The notes beneath the pieces are model-generated. The model did not search any database. It was not told the DNA's origin and saw only the letters and a list, made by a program, of their open reading frames with translations. A stretch of DNA of 32,662 nucleotides from Dimorphilus gyrociliatus (lineage: Eukaryota > Animalia > Annelida), in contig CAJFCJ010000126.1 in assembly GCA_904063045.1 (NCBI GenBank), positions 1 through 32,662 of the forward strand. The letters are read 5' to 3'. The translations under genes were made by a program, and so were the position numbers. Every line of letters starts with the position of its first letter. Position 1 is the first letter of the stretch. Shown here piece after piece: positions 19,944 to 32,662 of the stretch.

Positions 19944-19983
19944 GTCAGTTGACTTCGAATGAGAGAATGATTTCCTTTTTATA
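19944..19983 (-). promoter_or_regulatory. Core promoter of type B: TATAAAA (19983-19977) and GTCAACTGAC (19953-19944)
   Basis: 30-nt spacing, equivalent to type A although the surrounding sequence is unrelated. Confidence 0.6.
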
Positions 19984-22320
19984 AGAGTTTTTTGTTTGAA
20001 CAAGATGTTTTAAATCTTTGATTTCTGTTTCTTTTTCGATTTTTCTATTTTTAAGATGTAACAGGTGGAAATATAAGAAGTCATTGTATGATTTGTTTTG
20101 AAAAGTTTCATTATTGTTTTTGATGCATTAAATTGATTTAAGATATCTGTATTATGGCTTTTATAAGTTGCATTCAGTTTTATTTCTCTAATTTTGAGTT
20201 GAGTTTTATATATTGTTCTTTTTGTGAATATACATTTTTTAAGATTTGTGTTTTTTTTTGGTTTTTAATCAATGGTCAAGTTAAAAATAGACTGAAATGA
20301 TTGACTACTGACGTTTACATTCCTATATATTATTTTTAACTTTCGCAGTAAAGTTGCTATACTCAGTATGAGTGATTGATTTAATAGAATAAATTTTGTT
20401 TCTTCACATTCCTTTGATGCAATTCGTCTGATTTTTAAGTCACCTAAGTATTAAAGATCAAGGTTTTTATTCAAATAATGTTATCGAATCACTTGATATC
20501 CTCGTTGTTTTCTTTTGAAGTGATGTTATATTTAATCATCATGTGAAATTCTCGTATGATGTTAGATATTTCCTTGATAAATTATCTGAGTATTATTTCT
20601 TTAATTATCATTTTAAGCTAGTAAAAATACGTCTAAAGCTGTGGCACATGAGGAAAATATGAGATACATGTAAGGCTTGTTATTTTTTGTTTTCAAAAGA
20701 ATATTTATGTGTCACAAAAAAGGAAAAGCCTTTTTATCGAATTGAGTCACTTTTAAGAGTTTTGGGATGATTTTAAAACGAAACTTTATAAAGGAATGAT
20801 TTTTTTGAAAAGATAAATTTTTATAATTAAAGTAATTAGTTAATAGAGAGTTTCAAAATAAGCGTAATAAAAATTGTTACTATTCCTTAGTCTCTTTGGT
20901 ATCAATTATGACAACTTAGCTATTTACTTAATGTCTATTGCTATTCCTACATTGTTTCTAAAAAACTTCATCATATGCTTCTCCTGTTAAATCTAAATTT
21001 TTAAAATCAACTACTATTGGCGTTTTGTCTGCCGAATAGATATAATTTATAAATTGTCAATTAGAGTTGTTAAGGAATACAAGGTACATTTTTCTGATAA
21101 TGCATACAAATAAATTTAAACCTATCAATCTTTAATGGACAATAGCACTTAGTTTCTCTATTATTTTAGTACTCTGTCTTTAATTCTTTCTTAAAAATAA
21201 TAAAATCTAATAATTATAAATCTTTTTCTATCCTCTAACTGCTTTTACAAAATACAGATTGTTTCATTATTGATACAATATAACCATGATAAAATGATTA
21301 TTAGTATAGGCCTATCATGCAATATGGTTTATATGATGAACTATAGCTGTTTTTTTTTGAATGGTATAACAAAAGGAGCTGTGTCCCAAAATTTTATTTG
21401 TAAAAAGTATATTGGTTAAAGAATGTACATTAAAATATACTTCCAATGTGATACAAACTAGGAAAATTTACTTATAAAAGACGTATTTGTAAACTTTTCA
21501 GGAACAAATATTCTGTTTCATAAATACATTTATGAAAAGTACGCTGGCTGAGGCGAACATTGTCCAAAAAAAGAAGTTGGTAAAGATATTGTTGTCAAAT
21601 TCAAACTATAATTTCAACCATATTTCCAAGGAAACAGTATAACATTCTTTTTCTTCATTCTCTATCTAAAGCAAACCGCATTACAGAAATGTTTAAAGTG
21701 TAATTCTTAAAGACATAGAATAAAGCCATCATTTAATCATTAACACTTTTAACATTAAACATTAAATAAATCCAACATTAGGACCAATTAAGTTCCTCAT
21801 TTCAGAGACGAGAGCAATAGTCATAACCGAAAACAATCGTGACAACTGGTTAATGAATTCAGTGCTCCACCACTAGAAATTTCTGTCTGAAAAGTGAGCT
21901 CTAGCAATCGATACTTTATCCAAACTGTTAAGAGCATTAGTATTTCTATACCTATAAATTATTACAAAAAACTAATTACAAAGAGGCTGCCATTAAATAT
22001 ATTGTTCACTTATACCTAAATGGTATCTAAAGTGTGACACCCATATTGAAAAGGGAGTAAAAAAGTGCAACACAACTGAGCACCAAAGAACGCTTGAAGT
22101 ACTTTCAAAATTCGTGATTTTAGGACACTTCATTACAATGAAAAACCACAATGACACTGTATTTATAAATGTATTAAGAGATCCAAAACAGAACATCATC
22201 CAATTAATATATCAACTTTGAAAAACACATGATTATAATCAAACGACGACCGTTCACTTTTGGTGAGGAATTATTTAAATATACAGTTTAAAGTGAATTA
22301 TTTGAATATCAATAATTTAT

Positions 22321-25300
22321 TTAATTAAGTGGTTTAGCAGGGCATGTGCGTGGAACACAGAATTCAGGACTATTATCTTGGGATTCACAAAGATCTGGAC
22401 GACCGCATTGTGTACATTTATTTCTGTTCTTTCCACCACATTGACATCCATTGTTTTGACAACAAGCACAATCCTTTGTTGCATCATCAGCGCAAGGACA
22501 TCCACCCTTAGATTTGGTCCATGGATCTCTTACTTCTTCTTCGCGAGGATCACCACATCTATCAGGATATCCGCATTGCACACATTGTTGATGGTTAGAT
22601 TTGCTGCATTGACAACCTCCTGGATAACAACAAGCACAATCCATTCTACTCTTGTCGAAATAACATTGACATCCACCAGGACTCTTTGTCCAGATATCCT
22701 TCTTAATGACATTGACCAATTTTTCATCTTCAGCCTTTCTGAAGCCGTACAATTCAGCTCTAAGACCTACACAGTTGTTGTTTGATTTAACTGGCACAAT
22801 TCTTACAAATTTAGCCTCGACTGGTTTACCATAGTATCTATGGAGACAATGATGTTTCCACGAATCATCATCTTTGTTTCCCTTCCACACCTTCACCTTT
22901 TCGGCATCGTCTTTATCCTTCAATGTTTCAAAGCTATTACCATCCTTAGATACTTCGAGAGTGTACTTCTTAACATAACAATCTTCTCCCTTGGCACCCT
23001 TTGTTCCGATACCGTGAACTCCCAACACATCACCAATGTCTACTGTAAGTGTTGGTCTCTCATCAGATGGAGAAGGCTTCCATCCAGACAATTTTGGTCT
23101 GCTGTTCTGGGCTTCGAATCCTGGTTGTTCAGTGCTACCGACAATATCACCATCTTCAATGATTTTACTGTGCATACCCAAAGGACGAGGCTTGGGTTTT
23201 GCTGGAGGATCGGGAACAAAGTATTTTTCATCTTCATTATCGCTATCATCATCTTGTTGACCTTGAGGTGGACGTCTATCAGGGAATGAAATGACATCAG
23301 TGGTTGTTTCAAGAGTAGTAGATGGAGTAGTGGTAGGAGGAGTGGTAGGAGCTTCAGTAGTTGGTTGTTCTGGTGTGGTTGGTTGTTCTGGTGTTGTTGG
23401 TTGTTCTGGTGTGGTTGGTTCTTCAGGAGTAGTTGGTTGTTCTGGTGTTGTTGGTTGTTCTGGTGTGGTTGGTTGTTCTGGTGTTGTTGGTTGTTCTGGT
23501 GTGGTTGGTTGTTCTGGTGTGGTTGGTTCTTCAGGAGTAGTTGGTTGTTCTGGTGTGGTTGGTTCTTCAGGAGTAGTTGGTTGTTCTGGTGTGGTAGGCG
23601 CTTCTGTGGTTGGAGCTTCTGTGGTTGGAGCTTCTGTGGTTGGAGCTTCTGTGGTTGGAGCTTCTGTGGTTGGAGCTTCTGTGGTTGGAGCTTCAGTTGT
23701 TGGAGCTTCTGTTGTTGGAACTTCGGTTGTTGGTGGAGTACCAGTAGATGGAGTTGTTGGTGGTTGATTTGTTGTGACTGGGATAATCTTAACACATTTG
23801 TTGTTTCTTCTGTTGAATCTGAAGCCTTTCTTGCATACGCATCTGTATCTGAAACCTCTGGCAACACATCTGGCAACTTTTCCGCATGGTCTTCTACGGC
23901 AGGGGTTGAATTTCATACATCCTCTCTTGCGGTTGTAGAAGAATCCCTTTTTGCAGACGCATCTGTATCCAGAACGGCCTCTTCTTTGACATCTAGATTT
24001 CAAACATGGCTTCTTGGCACATGGATTGACCTTGCCGTATTTCAAGCATCCTCTTCTTGGTTGATAGTAGAATCCCTTCTTACACAAACAGGTGAATCCG
24101 AAAGGACCACGTCTCACACATCTAGCGCTCTTACATGGTCTTTTTGCACATGGGTTTGGTCTTGTGTATTTAACACATCCCTTTCTGCTGTTGTATCTGA
24201 ATCCTCTCTTGCACAAGCATCTGTATCCGAAGAGTCCTCTTCTCACACATCTAGCTCCCTTGCATGGTCTCTTCAAACATGGATTGCGTCTGTTCAATTT
24301 GATACAACCTCTTCTTCTGTTGTAGACGAATCCCTTTTTACAAAGACATCTGTATCCAAACAATCCTTTTCTTACACATTTGCTTCCTTTGCATGGTCTT
24401 CTCAAACATGGGTTGCCCTTGATACATCCAAGTCGGCTATTATAGAATAATCCCTTCTTGCAAGTACATTTGTAACCGAATTTTCCACGTGTTGAGCATT
24501 TAGCTCCCTTGCATGGTCTTCTCAAGCATGGGTTGTATTTAACACATCCCTTTCTTGAGTTGTATCTGAATCCTCTCTTACAGACGCATCTGTAACCGAA
24601 GAGTCCTCTTCTCATGCATCTTGTTCCTTTGCATGGTTTCTTCAAGCATGGGTTCTTTCCGTATTTAACGCAGCCAGATTTGGCGTTGTATCTGAATCCC
24701 TTCTTACATTGGCATCTGATTCTTCTACCCAAAGTCAAACATCTAGCATTTCCTATGCAAGAGTTCTTCTTGCACAAGTTGACTGGTTTGGTCATCTTGA
24801 TACATCCCTTTCTTCTGTTGTATCTGAATCCCTTCTTGCATACACATCTGTATCCGAAAATGCCTCTTCTCATGCATCTTGCACCCTTGCATGGTTTCTT
24901 CAAACATGGGTTTGGTCTTGTGTATTTAACGCATCCCTTTTTACTGTTGTATCTGAATCCTCTCTTACAGAGACATCTGTAACCGAATCTTCCTCTTCTC
25001 ACACATTTAGTTTTCTTACATGGGTTCTTGGCACATGGATTATATTTCACACAGCCTTTAGCTCCGCGATAAATGAATCCTGGTCTACATAAACATTTGT
25101 ATCCAGTGATACCTCTTCTGATGCATCTGGATTTTTTGCATGGTCTCTTCAAGCATGGGTTCTTTCCGTATTTAACGCAGCCAGATTTGGCGTTGTATCT
25201 GAATCCCTTCTTACATTGGCATCTGATTCTTCTACCCAAAGTCAAACATCTAGCATTTCCTATGCAAGAGTTCTTCTTGCACAAGTTGACTGGTTTGGTC

Positions 25301-28300
25301 ATCTTGATACATCCCTTTCTTCTGTTGTATCTGAATCCCTTCTTGCATACACATCTGTATCCGAAGAGTCCTCTTCTCATACATCTTGCACCCTTGCATG
25401 GTTTCTTCAAACATGGGTTTGGTCTTGTGTATTTAACGCATCCCTTTTTGCTATTGTATCTAAATCCTCTCTTGCACAAACATCTGTAACCAGAAAGACC
25501 TCTTCTCAAACATCTGGCTCCCTTGCATGGTCTCTTTGAACATGGGTTCTTGTTGTATTTGATACAGCCTTTTGTTCTGTTGTAGAAGAGTCCCTTCTTG
25601 CAGACACATCTATATCCAGCAATACCTCTTCTGAGACATTTAGCTCCCTTACATGGTCTCTTCAAGCATGGGTTTGGTCTTGTGTATTTCACACATCCCT
25701 TTTTGCCATAATATCTGAAGCCTGGTTTACAAAGACATCTATAACCGTTGAAACCTCTTCTCATACATCTGGCTCCCTTGCATGGTTTCTTCAAGCATGG
25801 GTTGAAGTTGAATTTGACACAGCCTTTTTTGGCGTTGTATCTGAATCCTCTTCCACATTGACATCTGATTCTTCTGCCGAGAGATACACATCTAGCCTTT
25901 CCTTTGCAAGAATTCTTCTTGCACAATTGTGTAGCAGATCTCTTGCAAGATTTGGTTTTAGCATCAAAGATGCTTCTTGGTGGACAAACACATCTATGAC
26001 GTGAACCGATGTTGATACATCTTGCTTTTCCACATGGTTTTCTGGCACAAGGTCTGGACACACATCCAGCCTTTGCGCTATAATATTGACTTCTCTTGCA
26101 TACACATCTGTATCTAGTCAAACCACGACGGAAACATCTAGCTGGCTTTCTACATGGGTTGCTGTCACATGGGCTGGTCAAAAGTTTTTGACATCCCTTT
26201 GTTCTATAGTATTTTTGTCCAGATGGACAAATGCAACGGTATCCCTTCTTCAAACCGAAACATCTAGCTCCACGTTTACATGGGTTCTTGGCACAATAAT
26301 TGGGCACTGTTACAAAGATGCAAGTGATAATGATATGTTCATTGTGGATTATTTGTATAATCCTTTAATGGTCTACTTACAGTCAGATGTCTTTGGTGCA
26401 ACTCTGAGAGAACTGGCCTTGTTTCCTGGTTTGATTACGTCGTATTCTCCTGGTGGGAAACGGGCAATGGGATCAACATATCCTCCCTTGTCGTACAATT
26501 CCCATGTTTTCTTGCCAATAACTTTCAATGATTCGACTCTATCTCCAAATTTCAATTCAGATAATTCTGGAGTATCCTTTTCAACGACGATGAAATCTCC
26601 CTTGAAGTTTTCTTCATCGTACAAAATGATACCTTCTCTTGGCTCTTTCACTATCTTTCGTACACAGCCTTTGGCTTCATCGTATTCGAAATCATCATCT
26701 TTGCAGGTACATTTGAAACCATTGGCGAGATCGGCGCATGTTGCTCCTGTTTTGCATGGGTTTGGTTTACAATTGTCAACGTCTTCTGGGAGATCTCTGA
26801 TAGATGAAACTTTGTCATCAGCACCGTATCTCTTCAAAGTTGGGTATTTTCCTTGCTTCAAGATGACCAATTCGTCTTCATATTTGTCGTCATCATAGAG
26901 TTGCCATCTCTTGCCACCAAACACGATAGCGGATTCGGCAGTGTTATCACATCCGATTTGGGACAAATCTGGTACATCGTCCTTGACAACGCAACGTTTT
27001 CCCTTGAAGTTTTCTTCAGAGTAGAAAACGACTCCTTCCTTTGGATCTTCCTCTTTGTCATCATCGTCAGCATCATCATCGTCATCCAACGAAGAAGCAA
27101 CACATCCCTTGAGTCTGTCGTATTCCATTCCTCGTCGTGGACATTTGCATTCGTAGAATTTTTCTGTGAGTTCACAAGTGGCTCCACCCTTGCAAATGTT
27201 GTTGATAGAACAGTAGTCTCTGAAGCATTCCTTTTCTCTCTTGATGAATCCCTTTTTGCAGGTGAAACAGGAGTTCTTTTTGCAGGATTCTGTAAAGGTT
27301 ATTAATGAATTTTATTGCAAATACAAAATAACCTGCTCCTACTATATTCTACTTACGTTCGCATGTCTTGACGGCAAGTTTAGGTTGAATTTTGACCAAA
27401 TCTTCGAAATCTTCAATTTCCAATAAATGACTGTCGAATGGTTTGGAAGCAATGGCCTTCAATTCATCTTTGTCCAATCTCTTTCCAACACCAACAGCAA
27501 ATGTTGTTACCTTTGCAGTTTTAAGTGAATTAGCAGCAGCCAACGTGAGTCTCTTATTGTAAGATCTTCCATCTGTGACAACAATAGCAATGTGTGGTAC
27601 ATTCTTTCTTGCTGAAGCGAACGCTCTCTTAGCAGAAGTGAGAGCGGCAGCTGTGTTGGTTCCTCCTCTTGTGTATGGTGTGCTCAAGATGGCCTTAACA
27701 AGGCTCTGTTTGTTTGTGTACTTGGCAAAGGAGAATCTATTTCTAACGGAAGATGCGAATGTCATCAAACCAACACGAACATCTTTCTTTCCAATCTTCA
27801 TTTTGTTTACAACTTCGGCTGTGAATTTCTTGACTTCTTCAAAGTTATGAGCTCTGACAGATCCAGAAGCGTCCAAAACGAAAAGGATATCGGCTTCAGC
27901 GCCGCATCCATCTCCCATGTCTGGAACAGCAATACAACCCTTTCTCTTGTCATACACGTTTCCGATTGGGCAAGAGCATCTGTATCCACCACCATAATTG
28001 ATACATTTCGATCCTTCGACACAAATGTCTTTGTCTTCGCATTCATTGATGTCGATACATTTGTTGTTTTCTCTCTTGTATCCTCTTGGACATCTGATTG
28101 TTAGACCGTAATATGGTCTCAAAGAGCTGACCTTTGTTCTTGAAGACAAATTGATACAGTTTCCGGCGCGGGCGGCATAGGAGAAGTGTCTGAAGTATTT
28201 GCCGTTGTACAACAACCAGATTTTCTTTCCACTGACCATAACTGACTCGGCAGTGTTATCGAAAGGACCGAGGTTGGAGGAAGCAGAGTAGAATGTCTTT

Positions 28301-31204
28301 TGTTTTCCTTTACAGTCTCCATCATCGAAGAGAATGATTCTGTCACCACTTGGGATTTTTGGTTTAGCACATCCGTTACGTGTGTAGACAAATCCAGCTG
28401 GACAAGCGCAAACGAAGCTGCTCTTTCTGTTCGAACACTTAGCATTTCCTCTACAACGTCCGGCTTTGAAGCAAGCATCGTAATCTGTGTGAAGAGAAAA
28501 AGTATGTATTGATTTTTGTCAAGTAGTGTTTGTGAATCGATCGCAATGTGACTCTCTCTATGACCTTCAATTATAACACTTACAGCATTTTCCATCAGAT
28601 TCGTAATATCCTGGTCTGCATTTGATGCATTTCTTGCCGGATGGACATGCAGATTGACAGGCTCTTGAAGCAAGAGACAAATAGATACCACCCAAAGCAT
28701 TGAAGTCGCTGGCGGCGAAAGAATGCTTTGCTGTTGGTTCGGAAGCCATGGCTTTCAATTCTCCAGCATCCAAGTTGTGTCCGATTCCAACAGAAATCAA
28801 TTTGACGGATTTGTCCTTAAGGATTTTCTGTAAAACATATAACGATAGAAATATATATTAATGCTAATGTCTATGAAGTGTTCCGAAAACTCACATCAGC
28901 TTCTTGGATTGTTCTGCGGCGGTTGTTTGATCTTCCATCAGTGATTACAACAACGATTGTTGGAGTGTTCTTTCTGCTTTTTGGCAATACAGTCATACGA
29001 GTGAATTTCAAGGCTCTGTCAGTGGCAGTACCACCTCCTCTGTATCTGATTCTCAAAATGTTATCCAAGAGAGATTTCTTGCTGGAGTGTTTGTCCAAGT
29101 TGAATTCCAAGTAGGTTCTTGATTGGTATTTGACGACGGAAACACGCATGGCGTTTTTTCCAATAGTGAATTTAGAAGCAATGTTGTAGACAAATCTCTT
29201 CATTTTTTCAAAATTGTGAGATCCAACAGATCCGGAAGAATCCATGACGAAGACAATATCTGATTTGGAAGCACATCCTTCACCTAAATCGGGGATCTTT
29301 TGACATCCATCTTGTGAGTCATACACTGTTCCTTGTGGACAAGCGCATCTGTATCCTCCTCTTTGGTTAACACATTTAGCTCCATGTTTGCATGGTTTAG
29401 TTTTACATTCGTCAATATCGACGCATTTCCCTTTCACCAATTTTGATCCTCTGCTGCATCTTGGAATGGAATATCTATTGCAAGAATTGTAAACAACCTT
29501 CTTTCCATTCAACATGTAATAGGACATGCCGAATTTCTTTTGAATTGGGTATTTGACATTGTTGATCATGACCATCTTTTTGAGGTAGCTGCTCATGGTT
29601 CCGATGCTACTGAAGAGGTTGAATGACGTCTTCTTGCCGTTGAGTGTGAAGTAGAATCTTCCCTTTTGTTTAACATCACGGATGACATTAATACGTTTCT
29701 TTCCATATTGGAAATAGTAGTTTGATCCTGATGGTCTCAAAGAGAAACTCTTGCCATTGATTCTCAATGATGCGGTTCTGATTGATGTTCTTGGTGGTGT
29801 TGTAAGACCGCCGAAAGAAAGTTTGACTTGGTAGTTTTTACCGTTAAAGTTCAATTTATATGTGTTTGGAGTAGTTGTTCTGTTCAAATAGAGGTTATAG
29901 GTATAGCGGACTATTTGAATTTGTTAGGTGATTGAAACAGTAAGGTGACAAATTGTATTTACCTCATGAGACGGTATGTCTTCTTTGCAAAGTAAAAGAT
30001 CCAATGACTTCCGGAACGTGTGAGGGAGAATGATTTTCCACCAATTCTGAGTGTAGGTGTAGCTCTTCTTTGGGCAACACAGGCTCTGTTTCTTGTGTAG
30101 TATTTTCTTCCTCCTCTGTAGAAGTAGTAAGATCTTCCGCTTCCTCTATTTAATGTGTATCTGTATTTGCTTCCCAAAAGATAACTGTAGGAAGAGAATG
30201 GTTTGTAATGAATTGTCGTGGTTATGTTTTGAAAGGGTTGGGTGGAATGATTTTACTAACGTTTTGCTTCCGAGACCGATTGGTTTCATATTTTTGTCTA
30301 CGTAAACCTTGCGTTTGCTCTTTCCGTAAATGAAGTAATAGCGACTTCCCTCCAGGCGTAATTGAAATTTCATACCTCCGTAGTAGAGATATTTGACGCT
30401 GCTCTTCATCATTGATGAGATCTGAGAAGAAGTGTACCAAACCTTTTTGTTGTTTTTCAAAATGTAGTATTTCAAGCCATTTTTGTATAGACGGTATCTG
30501 ACGCCACCGATCATAATGTATCTGATACTGGCACCAGTAGTCTTTCCACGTCTGTTCAAGTAGATGGCTTTTCCGTTGATGATGTAATAATAACGGCCGC
30601 TCTTTGATTTGCGGAGTTCGTATTTCTTACCACCAATTCTGATGTATCTCTTGTAACTGGAGCGTTTGATGATTGTTTTCTTTGTATAGGTGACTTTTCT
30701 GTTACCAAAAGAAACGTATCTCTTGAGAGCTCCAATTCTGAAGAACCATCTACTTCCTTCTTTTTGTAGAAGGTAACGTTTTCCCCCGTAGATGTAGTAT
30801 CTGTGAAAGATGAAGTATAGGAATGAGAGGAAATCATTGAAGGTTTCACTCGATAAAGGGAATAATGGGATATGGAAGAGAGGCATTACTTTACCTTCTA
30901 TAAGAAACAAAACGCTTCTGTGTTGTTTTCTTACTGGTAGAGTATTTCCAGTAATTAACATAGAAGGTTCTACTTCCGATTTTATAGAAGTATCTACCAT
31001 CTTTAGCTTTTTGGATCAAATATTTATTTGTTCCATTTCTGAAGTAAGTTTTCGATTCAAATGTCTTGTAATATTTTGTTGGTCTAATGGTTTTTTTCAG
31101 GATAGAGCGTCCAACCGTTTCAGAGTCTGTTGGACTTTTCAATATAAGAGCTCCAGCTGTTGCTGCTAAGAGCACGATAAGGCAAACCGAGGTATCGGCA
31201 GCAT
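22321..31204 (-). CDS. Large secreted mosaic protein, paralog type A (2,774 aa if one 1-nt deletion in the signal-peptide codons is corrected)
   Basis: Same exons as type B at constant offset +11411 (exons 31204-30895, 30800-30261, 30184-29963, 29879-28895, 28827-28584, 28484-27357, 27289-26381, 26306-22321). The last exon is 36 nt shorter (two fewer PTTPEQ units) and ends PAKPLN*. A G is missing between 31186 and 31187 (ggcaaaccga vs ggcaaagccga in the other two copies), probably a sequencing error. Confidence 0.85.
23292..23771 (-). repeat. Coding VNTR, type A: same structure with 13 x PTTPE(Q/E)
   Basis: 36 nt shorter than type B and a different order of EE/EQ variants. Confidence 0.95.
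23790..26306 (-). repeat. Array of 20 Lys/Arg-rich EGF-like repeats (type A)
   Basis: Same array as 12380-14895 with clustered differences in repeats 7-8 and 11-13. Confidence 0.93.
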
Positions 31205-32662
31205 ATTTGTTTGCAGGTTGTTGTTATCTAAGTTACCTGAAATGATGAAAATTTTTAAGTTAATTCTGCTTTTGCTTTTTCGTTATACATACCGGAGTCG
31301 AAAGTATATTTCGGCTCTGATGTTTTTACTCGATATCGTTTTGGTCGAGTGACAAAGATTTTTGAACTTTCTGTGATTTATATAGTTTTTTAATATTTGT
31401 TTAACATGTTCGTTAGCACTCCTTTCTCCATATTTTTTTAATTGATTAGAAAGATGTGGCGTCTATTTTTGAACATTTTACATCTGTGTCTAAAAATAGA
31501 GATTCAATTTTATATACTCTTTTAAAGCAGTTTGTGAAAGGTCATAGTCTAATAGACTTTTTGTTCACAGTGAAATAGTTTTTTAGTAAAGGTTTGTTTT
31601 TTGTTACCCTTTTTCTTTACGTGTGATGTTTGTTGCTATGACTGTCTTTCTTATGTTTATTGTAATGATTTTGCAATGTTCTTTTTTACGTCGAAAATTA
31701 TATTATTTCCTTTTTGTGTTGAAATATAGATTGTTTTAGAAACTCCTTTGTTCAGTTAATGATCTTTTTGATAAGTTCTGTATCATAACAGCCTTTCATT
31801 GATACTAGATGTTGATCAAGCCTATTAAGAATTGGTTTTTATTTAGAAATATTTATCTTGAATTAGCAGACGTATTAGAAACGGGAAAATTTGGAAGAAT
31901 ATGTTGAAATTCTTAAGAAGTTTGAAGGGAACATTACATTGTTCACATGATATTATCGAGTTTTTGTCCAATAAAGCAATGTGATATATGCAATAACCGT
32001 AATTTGAGATAGCTGTAAACTTAATGGCAGATTAGCGTATATAACTCATGCTTAACTGTCTCGAAATGAGCTACATTTACAAGTGCAGACGTTATTGGAT
32101 GAAATTAGAAAGTTTACTCCTTTAAGTAAGTTTTCAACTACATAAAATACTATTAAGAGTCATTAAAGATTTTAATTACTAGTATTTAGTCGTTAAACCG
32201 TTGATAACATCAGTATTATAAAAATTAGTAACTTGTGACTGTATGTGAAAAACTTAGGTTCGAATACTCTCAAGATAATACGTTTTTTCTTTTTGTTTTC
32301 ATACTATGATTTACTACTTAACACTATTATTTAATTTAATGGTTAATAGTGATTCTGATTTCTCAAGTATTATAACAAATAAACTCTTTATAATAAAATT
32401 ATCTTAACTGTAAATTTGCATATTTTCTACTTTTTCGCAGAGATAAGGCGCTTTTTAAAACTAAATGTTAATACTAAAGCAAACATTGGTATGAGAAGAC
32501 ATTAGCCTAATCCTTTTTGAGAATTGTCCATGTTTTCTCAACTTTGCTCTCCATTATGGTGAACTTGTGCTCATTATACACGATTACTAGACAATATTCT
32601 ACAGGAGATTTTTTTGTTCTTATTGCTAAAATGCTTTCAAGAAATCGCCTATTCTTTTATTT
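24777..32662 (+). repeat. Right copy of ~7.9-kb direct repeat (matches 1-7872)
   Basis: ORF-track proteins recur at +24796 (4075/28871, 5163/29959, 5350/30146, 6095/30891); about 6 single-base deletions accumulate over the last 1.5 kb. Confidence 0.95.
31344..31384 (-). promoter_or_regulatory. Core promoter of type A (repeat copy)
   Basis: Identical to 6549-6589. Confidence 0.6.

Noticed and set aside
19990-22310. Spacer between type B and type A, ORF 21993-22199, and a weak inverted repeat near 21270-21330
   Set aside because: No coding signal; the short AT-rich stems are expected by chance.
31180-31192. Frameshift in the type A signal peptide suggesting a pseudogene
   Set aside because: A single missing G in the region where right-end deletion errors begin; the identical copy at 6381-6400 is intact.
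1-32662. Assignment to a specific taxon or a named adhesive gene (for example mfp-2 or Sfp1)
   Set aside because: Shared domains only; the overall architecture differs and no search could be run, so gene symbols are left empty.

Overview
AT-rich metazoan genomic DNA with short GT-AG introns (56-99 nt) and TATA promoters; the taxon cannot be fixed from sequence, though a marine invertebrate is plausible. All real genes lie on the minus strand. The ORF track splits them at introns; re-splicing by hand gives an 8-coding-exon gene of about 2,780 aa encoding a secreted mosaic protein: signal peptide, ~470-aa Tyr/Lys/Arg/Gly-rich degenerate repeat region, 2x[EGF-Ca, vWA, Cys stub, EGF, betagamma-crystallin], a further EGF plus a third betagamma-crystallin domain, 20 polycationic EGF-like repeats, an acidic Pro/Thr/Glu mucin-like VNTR, an F5/8 type C (discoidin) domain and two 10-Cys C-terminal repeats. 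It occurs as two paralog types: type B at 10874-19794 and type A at 22321-31204, plus a 3'-truncated, indel-riddled second type A at 1-6409. A small related gene (signal peptide, 3 EGF, PTTE array) lies at 8055-9017. Types A and B are near-identical from ATG to 8 codons before the stop, introns included, yet their flanks do not align, which points to concerted evolution. Bases 1-~7870 recur at 24777-32662 and both window ends accumulate 1-nt deletions, so the window looks like one ~24.8-kb unit (A, small gene, B) plus an overlap: a collapsed tandem array, a circular element or an assembly artefact. An adhesive, cement or matrix role is inferred by analogy, not shown.
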